From Felis catus (Eukaryota): a stretch of 64,000 bases of DNA. Below, one piece after another: positions 1 to 13,087 of the stretch (its first letter is position 1; every line of letters begins with the position of its first letter). The stretch spans positions 144,028,001 through 144,092,000 of the forward strand of contig NC_058368.1 in assembly GCF_018350175.1 (NCBI RefSeq), given 5' to 3'. The notes under the pieces were generated by a model, which did not search any database, had not been told where the DNA came from, and saw nothing but the letters and a program-made list of their open reading frames with translations. Both the position numbers and the translations under genes were made by a program.

Positions 1-392
1 GTTAAACTGCACACTTAGTGTCACAAAAAATCTTAACTAAAATAAAGATAAGAAAAAATAAGCCATAATTCAGCCATTTAAAGTGAATCAACCGCAGTTA
101 ATATTTTGACTTTTAATCTCCCAGGGTTTTTTCTCATGGCAGTTTCTTAATTAAGATGATGAGATGTTATATACAGTTGGATTGCCTGCTTTTTTTTTTT
201 GCTTAAAATTTTTAAAGTATTTCCTCCAGTTTTTAAAAAGCTTCATGAGTATCTTTATGATGTTTGATTACACAAGTAATACATGAGTGAACTATCTTTT
301 GAAATATTGCAGTTAAAGCTCAGTTCCCATTTAATTATCACCCAAATTGTAATATTGTTAGGTAATATGATGGTATCACAGTTTTTTTAACC

Positions 393-816
393 CAGTGGGT
401 TTCAGGATCCCTTTACAAACTTAAAGGTGACTGAGGACTAAAAGATTTTTTGTTCTTTAATGCAGTATTTTGCTATTTTAGAAATTAAAATTCAGAAAAT
501 ATTTAAAAATTGTGCATTAAAAACCCTTTATATATTGAATTAAAGAGTATTTTTGAAAAATATATTTTTCTTAAAAAAATGTAGTGGGAAGGGTGGCATT
601 GTTTTATATTTTTGTGGATCACTAATGTCTGGCTTTATAGAAGACAGCTGGATTCTCAGATTTGCTTGTCTCTTCACTCTTACGTGCTATCTTGTACACT
701 AAAGCATATTAAGAAAGTCCAGACTTGCATAGATAGGTGTTTGGAAAAGGAAGGACCTCACAGATCCCCTGAAAAGTTCTAGAGTTTTCCAGGGGTCCTT
801 AGACCAGTTTGAGAAA
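393..816. mobile_element. hAT-Charlie type DNA transposon remnant (MER119/Charlie1-like)
   Basis: Motifs 'aatgtctggctttatagaagacagctggattctca' and 'gacctcacagatcccctgaaaag'; related copy at about 23740-24390. Confidence 0.6.
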
Positions 817-1244
817 GGTGATTTGACTATTCTTATGTTGATGAGCTGTTAGGTTCTTTGAAATTTTGCACTATTACAAACATTGCAGCATTCAAATTTC
901 TTTGTGATGTGTTCCTGCACACAAGTGCTAATGTTTTTCTAGAAGTAGAATTACTTTTGATGCCTGCATAATTTTCTAATGTTGGTGTTTAGATGGTTTC
1001 AATTAATGATTTGGTAGAATATCTTTGCATATTTTCAGTTGCTTTGGATTATTTTAAATTTTTAAAAAGAATTGTTACATCAATTCTTAGGAAATTTTAT
1101 TTGTTAATTGTTAGGAAACTTTTTGAGGCTATTGATACATATTATCACATTGTTTTTCTGAGAGGGTATTCTGGTTTACTTCTTGTCATCAGTATTGGAG
1201 ATGCTTGTTTTGTCACACCATTACCAACACTTTTATCATTATTA

Positions 1245-2367
1245 TTATTTTAATAAGTTTTTTAAGTTTATTTTTTTTAGAGAGAGAGAGAGGGTGTGAG
1301 CAAGCATGGTGGAAGGGCAGAGAGAGAGAGAGAGAGAAAGGGAGAGGAAGAATCCCAAGCAAGCTCTGCACCATTAGCACAGAGCCTGACACAGAGCTGA
1401 GACTCACGAACTGCAAGAGCATGACCTAAGCTGAAATCAAGAGTGGGATGCTTAACCAACTGAACCACCCAGGCACCCCCGATCCCTTATATTATTAAAA
1501 GAAATTATGAGGCTCTGGATCTTGGGGTCGTGAGTTGGAGCCTCATGTTGGGTGTAGAGATCACTAAGAAAAAATTGTGTTCTGATTTAGTAGGCAACAA
1601 ATGATATATGTTATAATTCAGATTATTTTGATAGTACAGATTGTGCTTTGAATATTTTTTCATAATCTTAGTAGGTCATATTATTTGCCCATTTATAATC
1701 CAGTGTCAATGTGTTGTTTTCTAAAGGTTTTTTAAAAAGTTTATTTATTTATTTTGAGAGAGAGAGCTGGGGAGGAGCAGAAAGAGAGGGAGAGAGAATC
1801 CCAAGCAGGCTCTGCACTGTCAGTGTGAGCCTGACCAGGGACTTGAACCCATGAACCTTGATATCATGATCTGAGCCAAAATCAAGAGTTGATGCTCAAC
1901 TGATAGAGCCACCACATGCCCCCTAAAAGATTTTTAGAAATATATTTATTTATTTTTTCAGAGAGCGCAAGTGGGGGAGGGGCAGAGAGCAAGGGACAGA
2001 GGATCTGAAGCAGGCTCTGCTCTGACAGGCTGATAGCAGCAACAAGCCCCATGTGGGGCTCCCAACTCACAAACTGTGTGTGAGATAATGACCTGAGCTG
2101 AAGTTGGACCCTCAACTGACTGAACCACCCAGGTGCCCCGCCCCCTACCAGATTTTTATTATCTTTTTCTTTTTTAATTTTTAAAAATGTTTATTTAGTT
2201 TTGAGAGAGAGAGCACGAACAGGGAAGGGGCAGAGAGAGAGGAAGACACAGAAACCGAAGCAGCCTCCAGGGCACAGAGCCGGATGCAGGGCTTGACCTC
2301 ATGAACTGCAAAATCATGACCTGAGCTGAAGTTGGATACTTAACTAACTGAACTACCCAGGCACCCC
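1245..2367 (-). mobile_element. Cluster of CAN-SINEs (four antisense, plus a short sense fragment at about 1510-1572)
   Basis: Poly-T, (GA)n, then tRNA-derived head 'gagccacccaggcgcccc'. Confidence 0.9.
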
Positions 2368-2799
2368 TTTATTATCTATTTTATATTGTAAGGATATGCA
2401 CTATAAGTTTCTAGGAAAGGAAGAAAATTATCTTTTTTGTTATTTACAAAAGTAGTACATTTTTGTAAACAAAAAGTAAAATACAGATATGTATTATGCA
2501 TTATCTATAGAATTACATAATGTAGATGTGAAAGGCATGCATTATCACAGATACCATTATTACCAGTTTGGTATTTGCCTCTCTATATTTTTTTCCTGTG
2601 CCTTTGCTAATACTTTTTTTTTTTAACAACTTACTTGTAAAAATGGGTTTGTACTGTACATGACATTTTGCTATTTGATTTTTAGTCATTTAGTACTCTA
2701 TACCGGATATTTTCCTATCAAAGTGCATGTAACTCTGGGCAAAGTTTTATCCAGAGTGGCTTTAGAAACACTAATTGTGATCTGTAGTTATCTGATGTC

Positions 2800-3270
2800 A
2801 GGCTCCTGTCCTCTTCTATATTCTCTTCCTAGGTGATCTCATCCATTAACAGTTATGTGCTGCCAGTTCCCAAATCTTTTATCTATCTCAGACTTCTCTC
2901 CTGCATTCCAGATCCTTATATTCAACTGCCTATTGGACATCTCCCCCAGGATGTTCTCAAGGTACTTCAAACAACAGTCCAAACGTGAACTTATTTTTTC
3001 CCTTAGTCCTGCTCTTCTTTGTATTGCCTGTCATAGTCAGTGGTACCACTGTCTGCTCAGTCACCCGTGATGGAAACCTGGCAGTAATCCTAGCTTTCTC
3101 CCTTGTTTCACTCTCCAGAATTTCCCATTCTTTAGTCACTTTTCTATTGATCCCTTTTCCATCTGCTCCGCATTATGTCAGTTCAGGCCCTCATCTTGTC
3201 TCATCTTAACCATTTAGGAGTCTCCTTACTATTGGTTTTGTTGGTTTTCTGATTAATTTTCCATGTTGTT
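2800..3270. mobile_element. L2 (LINE2) remnant hosting the 5' UTR exon
   Basis: Typical L2 3' region 'ctaggtgatctcatcc...cagacttctctcctg...caactgcctattggacatctcc'. Confidence 0.7.
2833..2961 (+). other. ZFYVE16: Probable non-coding 5' UTR exon of ZFYVE16, derived from an L2 element (alternative acceptors at 2833 and 2912)
   Basis: Acceptor ttctcttcctAG|GTGATC (2833), second acceptor ttctctcctgcattccAG|ATCC (2912), donor CAAG|gtactt (2961). Sequence is L2-like and resembles my recollection of the human ZFYVE16 5' UTR (not verified). Confidence 0.65.
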
Positions 3271-3396
3271 GCCAATTTTTTTTAAATCATGAAGAGATTT
3301 TTAAAAACCATTTTTGTAAAGGAAATATTGTAAATATTTTCTTGTAAATCTGGGAGTATATAAATGGTCAGGTAAGTAAAGATATTACCTAAAATA

Positions 3397-4022
3397 GGGG
3401 CGCCTGGGTGGCTCAGTCGGTTAAGCATCCGACTTCAGCTCAGGTCATGATCTCACGGTCCGTGAGTTCGAGCCCCACGTCAGGCTCTATGCTGACAGCT
3501 CAGAACCTGGAGCCTGCTTCTGATTCTGTGTTTGCCTCTCTCTCTGACCCTCCCCCATTCATGCTCTGTCTCTATCTGTCTCAAAAATAAATAAACATTA
3601 AAAAAATTTTTTTTAAAAAAGATACTACCTAAAACAGGTTGCTATATGTACACACAAATAAACTTCTTTAGAATAGTGAGTATATTTATATTCCATTTGT
3701 GTCTTTTACTGTACATCATAGATTTTTGGCACAGTAAGTACATCTTAGTTGATTGAAATGGGAATTATGTGCAGCTTCAAATGTCATGTTAAAAGGTTTC
3801 ATTTACATGGGGCGCCTGGGTGGCTCAGTCGGTTAAGCGGACGACTTCGGCTCAGGTCATGATCTCGCGGTCTGTGAGCTCGAGCCCTGCGTCGGGCTCT
3901 GTGCTGACAGCTCAGAGCCTGGAGCCTGTTTCGGATTCTGTGTCTCCCTCTCTCTGACCCTCCCCCGTTCATGCTCTGTCTCTCTCTGTCTCAAAAATAA
4001 ATAAACGTTAAAAAAAAAAAAG
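3397..4022 (+). mobile_element. Two sense CAN-SINEs (3397-3620, 3809-4022) with target-site duplications
   Basis: GGGGCGCCTGGGTGGCTCAGTCGGTTAAG heads; TSDs aagata(t/c)tacctaaaa and aaaaggtttcat(t/g)taca. Confidence 0.93.
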
Positions 4023-4299
4023 GTTTCATGTACAGTATTTGCATTATATCTTTTATAAATTATTGGATTCTATTATTTAATTATCTTTCCTTTTTTGCAC
4101 CTTTGTAGGCACCTCAAATGACATAATACTTAGTAGTACACTGGTATACATAGAGATACTCTGTAAACATTTAATGAATTCCATAATTTTTTAGAAAAAT
4201 GCTGGTTTTTTTCCTAATGAGAGACTATTTCTAGGCCTTCTAGTTCCTGTGCTTTAGTTTTTTAATATTTCTATATTCAGAATTCCTTCACTACTTAAA

Positions 4300-4339
4300 C
4301 AAATTTTTTTAATGTTTATTTACTTTTGAGAGAGAGAGA

Positions 4340-4380
<41 letters not shown>

Positions 4381-4985
4381 AGGTGTGAGTGGGGGAGGGG
4401 CAGAGAGAGGGAGACCCAGAATGTGAAGCAGACTTCAGGCCCTGAACTGTCAGCACAGAGCCCAGTGAGGGGTTTGAACTCATGGACTGAGATCATGACC
4501 TGAGCTGAAGTCGGATGCTCAACTGACTGAGCCAACCAGGCACCGTCCCCCCCCCCCCCCGCCAAATTTTTTTTTTAATGTTTATTTTTGAGGGGGAGAG
4601 AGAGAGTGGGAGGCAGGGGCAGAGAGAGAGAGACAGAGAATCTGAAACAGACTCCAGGCTATGATCTCTCAGCACAGAGCCTGATGTGGGGCTCGAACTC
4701 ACAAACGGTGAGATCATGACCTGAGCTGAAGTCCGATGCTTAACCAACTGAGCCACCCAAGTGCTCCTTAAATTTTTTTTTTTAATGTTTGTTTACTTTT
4801 GAGAGAGAGAGAGAGACAGAGCATGAGTGGGGAGGGGCAGAGAGAGGGAGACACAGAATCTGAAGCAGGCTGCAGGCTCTGAGCTGTCAGCACAGAGCCC
4901 GACATGGGGCTCGAACCCACGCACCATGAGATCATGACCTGAGCTGAAGTTAGACACTTAACTGACTGAGCCACCAAGGCACCCG
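4300..4985 (-). mobile_element. Three head-to-tail antisense CAN-SINEs with a poly-C run
   Basis: Three consecutive SINE bodies; C-run at about 4547-4560. Confidence 0.9.
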
Positions 4986-4999
4986 ATCACCTGACCTTC

Positions 5000-7900
5000 T
5001 AAATAATTTTTAAAAATTTGGAAATACTGAGGTTTATTCTTTGTGTCATAAAGTTCTGTAGATACTGACAAATGCTTAATGTCTTATATTCACCACTATA
5101 GTATCCTATAAAATAGTTTCACCACCCTAAAAAATCCACAGTGCTTTACTTTCAAGTTCAACTGCCCCCCCACCCAAACTACTAGCAATCACTGATGTGT
5201 TTATTCTCTTTGTAGTTTTACCTTTTCCAAAATGTCAATTAGAATCATACAGTATGTAGACTTTTTAAGACTGTTTTCTTTCACATACAGTACATATTTA
5301 AGGTACGTCCCATGTCTTTTTGTGGCTTGTTAGGTTATTTCTTTGTATCATTGAATACTATTCCATTGCATGGATGTATCACAGTTTATTTATCTGTTCA
5401 TTTACTGAAGGTCATTTTGGATGTTTCCAAATTTTGTCAGTTGTAAAAGAAGCTGTTATAAATTTCACATCTAAATTCTTGTGTGGACATAAATCTTTAA
5501 GTCAATTGGGTAAAATACCTAATAGTATGATTGCTGGATCATATGGTAAGACTATGTTTAGTTTTATAAGAGGCAAACTATTTTTCAGAGTGGCTGTACC
5601 ATTTTGTATTCCCATCAGGAATAAATAGAGTTCCTGCTGAATAGCATCCTTGCAGCATTTGGTATTGTCAGTTTTTTGGATTTTAGCCATTGTAATTGAT
5701 GTAAAATGGTATCTCATTGTTTTAATCTGTAGTCCCTAAAAACAAATGACGTTGAGCATTTTATCATATATTTATTTGCTAACTGTGTGTCTTCTTTGGT
5801 GAGGTGTCTCTTTGTGGAACTTTTGCCCATTTAATTGGATTGTTTGTTTTCTAATTATTTAATTTTAGGAGTTTTTTGGAGATTTAGATGCAAGTCCTTT
5901 ATCAGATACGTGTTTTGCAAATGTTATCTCCCAGGATATGGCTTGTCCTCTTATTCTCTTAAGTGTCTTTTTCAGGGCGTATGTTTTTTTTAATTTTAAA
6001 GTCTAACTTCATCAATTTTTTTAATGGATCATTCTATTGTTATGATCATAATCAAACTCATAACCAAACCCAAGGTTATGTAGATTTTTCTGTAATGTTT
6101 TCTTCAAGAAATATTATAATATATTTTACATTTAGTTCTTTATCCTTTTTAAGTACGTTCCTGTGTAAGGTGTAAGGTCCATATCTAGGTTCGTATTTTT
6201 GGCATGGGATGTCCCATTTTTGGGATGTCCAGTTTTCTCAGCACCACTTGTTGAAAAGACTAGCCTTTCTCCTTTGAATTGCCTTTGCGCCTTTGTCAAA
6301 GATAATTTGACTGTATTTATTTGTGTGGGTCTATTTCTAGGATCTCTATTCTTTTTATTTTTTATTTTTTTATTATTGTTTTTAATGTTTATTTTTTTTT
6401 TGAGACAGATGGAAACAAAGCGTGAGCAGGGGAGGGGCAGAGAGAGAGGGAGACACAGAATCTGAAACAGGCTCCAGGCTCTGGGCTGTCAGCACAGAAC
6501 CCGATGTGGGGCTCAAGCCCATGAACCATGAGATCATGACCTGAGCTGAAGTCAGATGCTCAACCGACTGAGCCACCCAGGAGCCCCGCAGGCTCTCTAT
6601 TCTTTTGCACTGGTTTATGTGTCTTTTTTTTTTTTTTTTTTTTTTTTGCCAGTACTACATTGCTTTAATTATTATAGCTTTATGAGTCTTAAAATTAGAG
6701 TGAGTTGTCCAAATTTGTTCTTCTTTTTCAGCGTTATGTTGGCTATTCTAGGTCCTCTTCCTTTCTGTATACACTTTAGAATTCTGAGTTTCCTGAGTCC
6801 TACAAAAAAGCTTGCTGGGATCTTGATTGGGATTGCATTGAATCCAGAGATCAAGTTGAGAGGAACTGACATCTTAACAATATGGAGTGTACCTATCCTT
6901 GAACGTGGAATATATCTTCATTTAATTAGGTCTTTGATTTTTTTCATTTGTATTTTGTAGTTTTCCACATATGGGTCCAGTATGTATTTTGTTAAATTTA
7001 TACCTAAGTATTTACTCTTTTGATGTGCTATCGTAAATGGTATTTTTTAAAATTCCAAATTCCAGTTGTTCCTTGCTCATGTATAGGAATGCATTTGATT
7101 TTTGTATATTAACCCTGTATCCAACATCCTTGCTATATTCACTACTCTATTTTGGGGGGGCCAGTTTTTGGGGATGTTCTACATTGAAAATCATGTCATT
7201 ACAAATAAAGACAGTTGTAGTTCTTCCTTTCCAAATGGTGTATCTTTTATTTCCTTTCTTACTGCAGTTTCAGTACTGTGTTGAATAGGAATTGTGAAAG
7301 AAGATATCCTTTCCTTGATCCCAATCTTTGATTGGAAAGCATCCAGTTTCTCATCATAATGTATATAATATTAGCTGTAGGCATTTTGTAGCTATTCTTC
7401 ATCAAATTGAAGAAGTTTCTCTCTGCTCATAACTTGCTGAGGGTTTTTATCATAAGTAAGTGTTGAGTTTTGTCAAATGCTTTTTTTTTTTTGCATCCAT
7501 TGATATGATTATATGATAATTCTTTAATCTGTTAATGTGATATTTTCAGAGGTTGAACCAGCCTTGCATACCTGGATAAATTTCACTTGGTTGTTGTGTT
7601 AATTTTTTTTATACATTGTTGGATTCTACTTGCTAATATTTTGCTGAGGATTTTTATGTCTGTGTTCATGAGCAATATTGGTGTGTAGTTTTCTTCTTGT
7701 AATGTCTGTATTTGGTTTTGGTATTAGATTAATACTGGTCTAATCAGATGAATTAGGAAGGATTCCCTCTGCTTCCTTTTTTCTGAAAGAGATTGTGGAG
7801 AATTGGTATTATTTCTTCCTTAAATATTTGGTAAAATTCACCAATGAAGCCATCTGGATCTGGTGATTTGTGGAAGGTTACTAATTATTGATTCAGTTTC

Positions 7901-8560
7901 ATTAATAGATACAGGGCTGTTTGGGTTATCTGTTTCTCTTTGTGTGAGGTTTGGTAGCTTGTGTCTTCCAAGGAAATGGTTTATTTCATCTAAATTATCA
8001 AGTTTGGAGGCATAGAGTTGTTCATATTTCCTCATTTTCCTTTAAGTTCATATTATCATTAATTTTGTTCCCTCTTTCATTTCTGATATGGTAATTTGTT
8101 TCTCTCTCTTTTTTTTTCTTTTTTCTTTTTTTAATTTGAGACACAGAGAGCATGTGTGAGCAGGGGAGAGGGGCAGAGGGAGAGAGAAAGAATCTTAAGC
8201 TGGCACCATGCTCAGCATGAAGCCTGATGTAGGGCTCGATCCCATGACCCTGGGACCATGACCTGAGCCAAATCAAGAGTCGGATGCTCAAGCTACTGAG
8301 GCACCCAGGTGCTTCGCTCTTTTCTTGATTAGCCTAATTTATCAGTTTTACTGATTTTTTTTTCAAAGAAAGGAGTTGTTGGTTTCAGTGATTTTTTTTT
8401 TCCTATTTCTCTGTTGCTTTCCTGCTTTTAATCTCATTGTTTTCTGTTCTAATCTTTGTTATCTTTGTTTCTACTTGTTTTGCTCTTCTTACTCTCCTTT
8501 TTCTAGTTTCCCAAGGTGGAAGCTTAGATGATTGATTTTTAGATCTTTTTTTAAACATAT
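5000..8560 (-). mobile_element. Old antisense L1 (L1MC-like 3' end plus ORF2 remnant), interrupted by SINEs at about 6350-6586 and 8110-8333
   Basis: Minus-strand ORF2 peptide remnants (MRYHFTSITMAKI, FNAIPIKIPASFF, YEQLYASKLDNLDEI). Confidence 0.88.
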
Positions 8561-8876
8561 GCACTTAAGTTATAAATGCCTCTCTATGCACTGCTTTAAT
8601 TGCATCCAACAAGCTTCACTTGAATTTTTAAGATTTTTGCCATCAATTTTCATGATCGCTCCCTGCCCCCCCCCAACATATGTTCCTTATTTATGGCTTC
8701 CTGTTCCTGTGTCATATATGCATTGCTGTTTTTCTGAGAATATTCGTTTCTTTGAAGTTTTCTTCTGTTTCCTGCATTTTTCTCTTATTCCAAGTTCCTT
8801 TTGTTTGTTTTGGTGTGTATGTTTTTGTGTACTATTGTATATGTATGATATAACCACAATTTAAAAATGGAAAATG

Positions 8877-9630
8877 GGTTGACTGGGTGGCCCAGTTGGT
8901 TAAGCATCCGACTTTGGCCCAGGTGATGATTTCGTGGCTCATGCATTTGAGCCCTGTGTCAGGCTCTCTGCTGACAACTCGGAGCCTGGAGTGTGTTTTG
9001 GATTCTGTCTGCTCATCCCTTGCTCCCTCCCTCTCTCTCTCTTTCTCTGAAAAATAAAATAAAATATTAAAAAAATTTTTAAATGGAAATAAAAGAAGTA
9101 ATGTGCTGTGTTAAATTAGGATGACATGCCATTTTTATTGAAAATTGTTCTGAAGTTTACCTGAATAATTATTGTTCTTTTAAAAAAATTTTTTTTTAAT
9201 GTTTTTATTTATTTTTGAGACAGAGAGAGACAGAGCATGAGCAGGGGAGGGGCAGAGAGAGAGGAAGACACAGAATCCGAAGCAGGCTCCATGCTCTGAG
9301 CTGTCAGCACAGAGCCTGACGCAGGGCTCAAACCCATGGACTATGAGATCATGACCTGAGCTGAAGTCGGATGCTTAACTGACTGAGCCACCCAGGCGCC
9401 CCTAATTATTGTTCTTTTTTTTTTTTTAACGTTTATTTATTTTTGAGACAGAGAGAGACAGAGCATGAACAGGGGAGGGGCAGAGAGAGAGGGAGACACA
9501 GAATCTGAAACAGGCTCCAGGCTCTGAGCTGTCAGCACAGAGCCCGACGCGGGGCTCGAACTCACGGACCGTGAGATCATGACCTGAGCCGAAGTCGGAC
9601 GCTTAACCGACCAAGCCACCCAGGCGCCCC
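8877..9630. mobile_element. One sense CAN-SINE (8877-9080) and two antisense CAN-SINEs (9182-9402, 9419-9630)
   Basis: SINE heads and tails; triplicated TSD taattattgttctttt. Confidence 0.92.
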
Positions 9631-10377
9631 TAATTATTGTTCTTTTAAGGTGACCTTTTCTGAAGGGTCCTCTACCTTTCTTGTTTAACCATCCTTGTTT
9701 CATGCTGTCTATCTTCCTTAGAGGTCTCCATTCTTATGATAGATGACTTCTGCCATCCATGTCTCTTACCCTTTCATATGTCCCTCTTGTCTTTCTGGGC
9801 TGCCTTTTAGGTGGTTTTTTCAGGTAGGTTTTCTAGTTCATTCATTTTTCTCTTAAGCTGTGTCTAAGCTTTTTAACTCATTTTTAAAGTGTCCTTATTT
9901 TTTTCTGGACCTCAAGTGTTCATTTCATGGCACTATCATAAATGGTTCTTGTAAAAAACTGTCTCATTTTTGTCTTTTATCCCTCATTTCCCACTCTTAT
10001 TCTTCACCCCAGGGAACTGTTCAGATGTGCTTAATAATGTATATCTTTTTGTTATGTATTACTGCAAAATTTATATTGTTGATTATGTTTTACAAAAGTA
10101 GCAGTATGGAACAGATTGGAAATTTTTTTTAGAAAAGGTCATTTACCAAAGACAGTGTGAGGAACGTTGCTGTAGAGTGTTCCACCTTCTGGATTTAGTT
10201 GATTGCTTTGTTTTGATATCATCTAACTTGTCTCTCTATGCTTGGATTTCCTGTAAATACGTGGTTAGTTCTAAAAGCTTGATTAGATTGAGGTTCAGTT
10301 TTTTTGGGTAAGAATACATTATGTGGGATACTGTATCTTCCACATGAGGCACATAATATTTGGTTCTTCCACATTTA

Positions 10378-10588
10378 TTTATTTTTTTAATGTTTATTTA
10401 TTTTTGAGAAACAGAGACAGAGTGCGAGCAGGGGAGGGGCAGAGAGAGGGAGACACAGAATCTGAAACAGTCTCCAGGCTCTGAGCTGTCAGCTTAGAGT
10501 CCAACGCAGGGCTCAAACTCACGAACTGCGAGATCATGACCTGAGCTGAAGTCAGACGCTTAACCGACTGAGCCACCCAGGCACTCCC
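10378..10588 (-). mobile_element. CAN-SINE
   Basis: Antisense body; TSD ttcca(c/t)atttatt. Confidence 0.9.
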
Positions 10589-11712
10589 TTCCATATTTAT
10601 TGATAGTGAAATTGATCACTGGAAGTCAGATGTGTTTGCCTGTTACCACCATTATAAAGTTCTCCTCCAATCTTTCGTCTAACACTTTAATTAACATCCA
10701 TTGATAGCCATTGCCTAGTCTATTATTTGCATTAAGGATTGCCAAGAGATGATTTAAAAAATTTTAATATACATCTGCATTTATTACCTGAGATTCTTAC
10801 CTAAAGAACTTTCCCTCAGCAACTACTTAAAGTACATTTTGTTAATAGAGGGAAGGATAAGTTATTGGCTCTTTTCCCTTAATGTATCACCTTTCAGAGC
10901 AATGGGTTTATGCCCTGGCAACCCTCTAATGAATGGTGGTATTTGTTTTTGTTTTTAGTATCATTAAGATCTCTGTTTTTTATCTATTTGATTTGTGTTC
11001 AGTCCTTTGCAGGCTTAGTTAATTTGATGTTTGGTTGTCCTATTTAAGACAGTAGGAACCCCTTCAACTAGGCTCCTGTGTCGTTTTGATTTTATCCCAT
11101 TAGCCACTGATAGATTTCTTTAAGGTGTCTCCAGACTTACAGGGAGAAGTTCTTGACATAGATCAGAGGTTTATCTGCTTTATTCATAGAGCTAACTTTT
11201 AGTTTTTTTATATTTCTCTTAATATGTTCATTTTCTATTTCTTTAACTCCTGTTCTTAGCTTACTAATCTTCAGTCTTTCGCCTATTCTAACATAAGGAT
11301 CTAAAGCTGTATTTGAAGTACTGCTTTTGCTGAATCCCATAAGTTTTTATATGCAGTATTTTTATTCGTAAGTGGTATATTTTATATTACCATATCATAT
11401 ATATTATTTGATATAAAGTTCTTATAACTGTTTTTAGCATTTACTTATGAATTCTTCTTTGATTATGTACCTTAAGTAACTCATGTCACTTAGATAAGTG
11501 TTCTAAAATTTACAATAGTATATGTATGTTATGTTGTTAGAGTTTTCTTGTCATTTTGTATATAGAGAGGCAATTGCTTCAACTAAATTGTAGATTCCTC
11601 AAAGGAATTTATTTGTGTCTATTTGTCGACTATGTTTCTTGGTATGCGGTAGATGGCATAATATTTATATGTTAGAGAATTAAATGAACTCTCATGACTT
11701 TTTATTTTCTAG

Positions 11713-11846
<134 letters not shown>

Positions 11847-12194
11847 TAATGGAATTTCTAAATGTCTGTGCATCAGTTATCTAAGATATAGAGTACTGTT
11901 AGCAAATTTGGTTTTAGTTCTGGTCACAAGGTTATATTCTGTAAGGAGTTCGTGTTTTATTATAACATGTTAGTTTATTCTTATACAGAATAGAACCAAT
12001 AGCCAGAAATAGAAGTAAGGAAGTTAGTTTTCTCTACAGATACAAATTTAACTAAAAGACCTTTAAAATCAACATATGAGCCAGCTGAAAGCAACTTGAA
12101 AACTTTACATGAATTGGTATTTCATTACTATGAGAGATAGTGTTTTACTCACTTTATTATTTTTTTATAATGATATTTTATAAAGACCAACCCC

Positions 12195-12498
12195 ATTTTT
12201 TTGAGTTTATTTGTTTGAGAGAGAGCACAAGTAGGGAAGGGACAGAGAGAGAGAGAGAGAAGGAACCCAGAGCAGGCTTTACACTGTCAGTGTGGAGGCT
12301 GATGCATGGCTTGAACACAAGAACCTTGAGATCATGACCTGAGCTGAGGTCAGACACTTAACTCACTGGGCCACTCAGGCACCCCTGTTTTACTCATTTT
12401 AGAATGAAGACTAGGAAACTGGAGCGAGAACCAAGAAGTTAAATTGTTTTTCAGCTCTTCCTCAGTCTGGTTTTTATAGTGCAGCTGAGTTATTTTGC

Positions 12499-12533
<35 letters not shown>

Positions 12534-12945
12534 CTTTAAAGTTTACTTATTTCTTTTGAGAGAGAGCGTGCAAGTGTAGAGGGATGAGTGGGGGAGGGGC
12601 AGAGAGAAAGGAAGACACAGAATCCGAAGCAGGCTCCAGGTTCCGAGCCGTCAGCACAGAGCCTGATGTAGGGCTTGAACTCATGAACTGTAAGATCATG
12701 ACCTAAGCTGAAGTCCAATGCTTAACTGACAGAGCCACTCAGTCTCCCCTATTTCAAATGCAACTTTTATCACATTGTGACATTTGCATTGAATAGTAAA
12801 AACTCCCAAGTAGTTTAAATAAAAATAATGGGGGGTGGAACGCCTGGCTGGCTCAGTCAGAGCGTGTGACTCTTAATCTCAGGGTTTGAGCCCCACATTG
12901 GGTATAGAGACTACTCAAAAATAAAAAAATTTTAAAAAAAATTTT
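12195..12945. mobile_element. Two antisense CAN-SINEs (one with (TG)n at 12500-12531) and one short sense tRNA-derived SINE (12835-12945)
   Basis: SINE motifs. Confidence 0.85.
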
Positions 12946-13087
12946 TGGAGGTTGTTACCGTTTATAAGAAAGTAGTTTACCTCTGGTCTAAATAGAAGTT
13001 CAGTTTAGAAGTCTTAGAAAATGTAACATCTTTGTGATAATTTTAATTTGGCTCTCCTAAATAACATTGTATCTCTCTTTTAATTAG

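Noticed and set aside
4081..4150. Strong-looking acceptor ctttgtAG at 4108
   Set aside because: No convincing nearby donor; such pseudo-acceptors are common in T-rich introns.
12835..12945. tRNA-Lys-like sequences with A/B boxes (also about 1510 and 38005)
   Set aside because: Degraded tRNA-derived SINE heads with A-rich tails; no intact cloverleaf.
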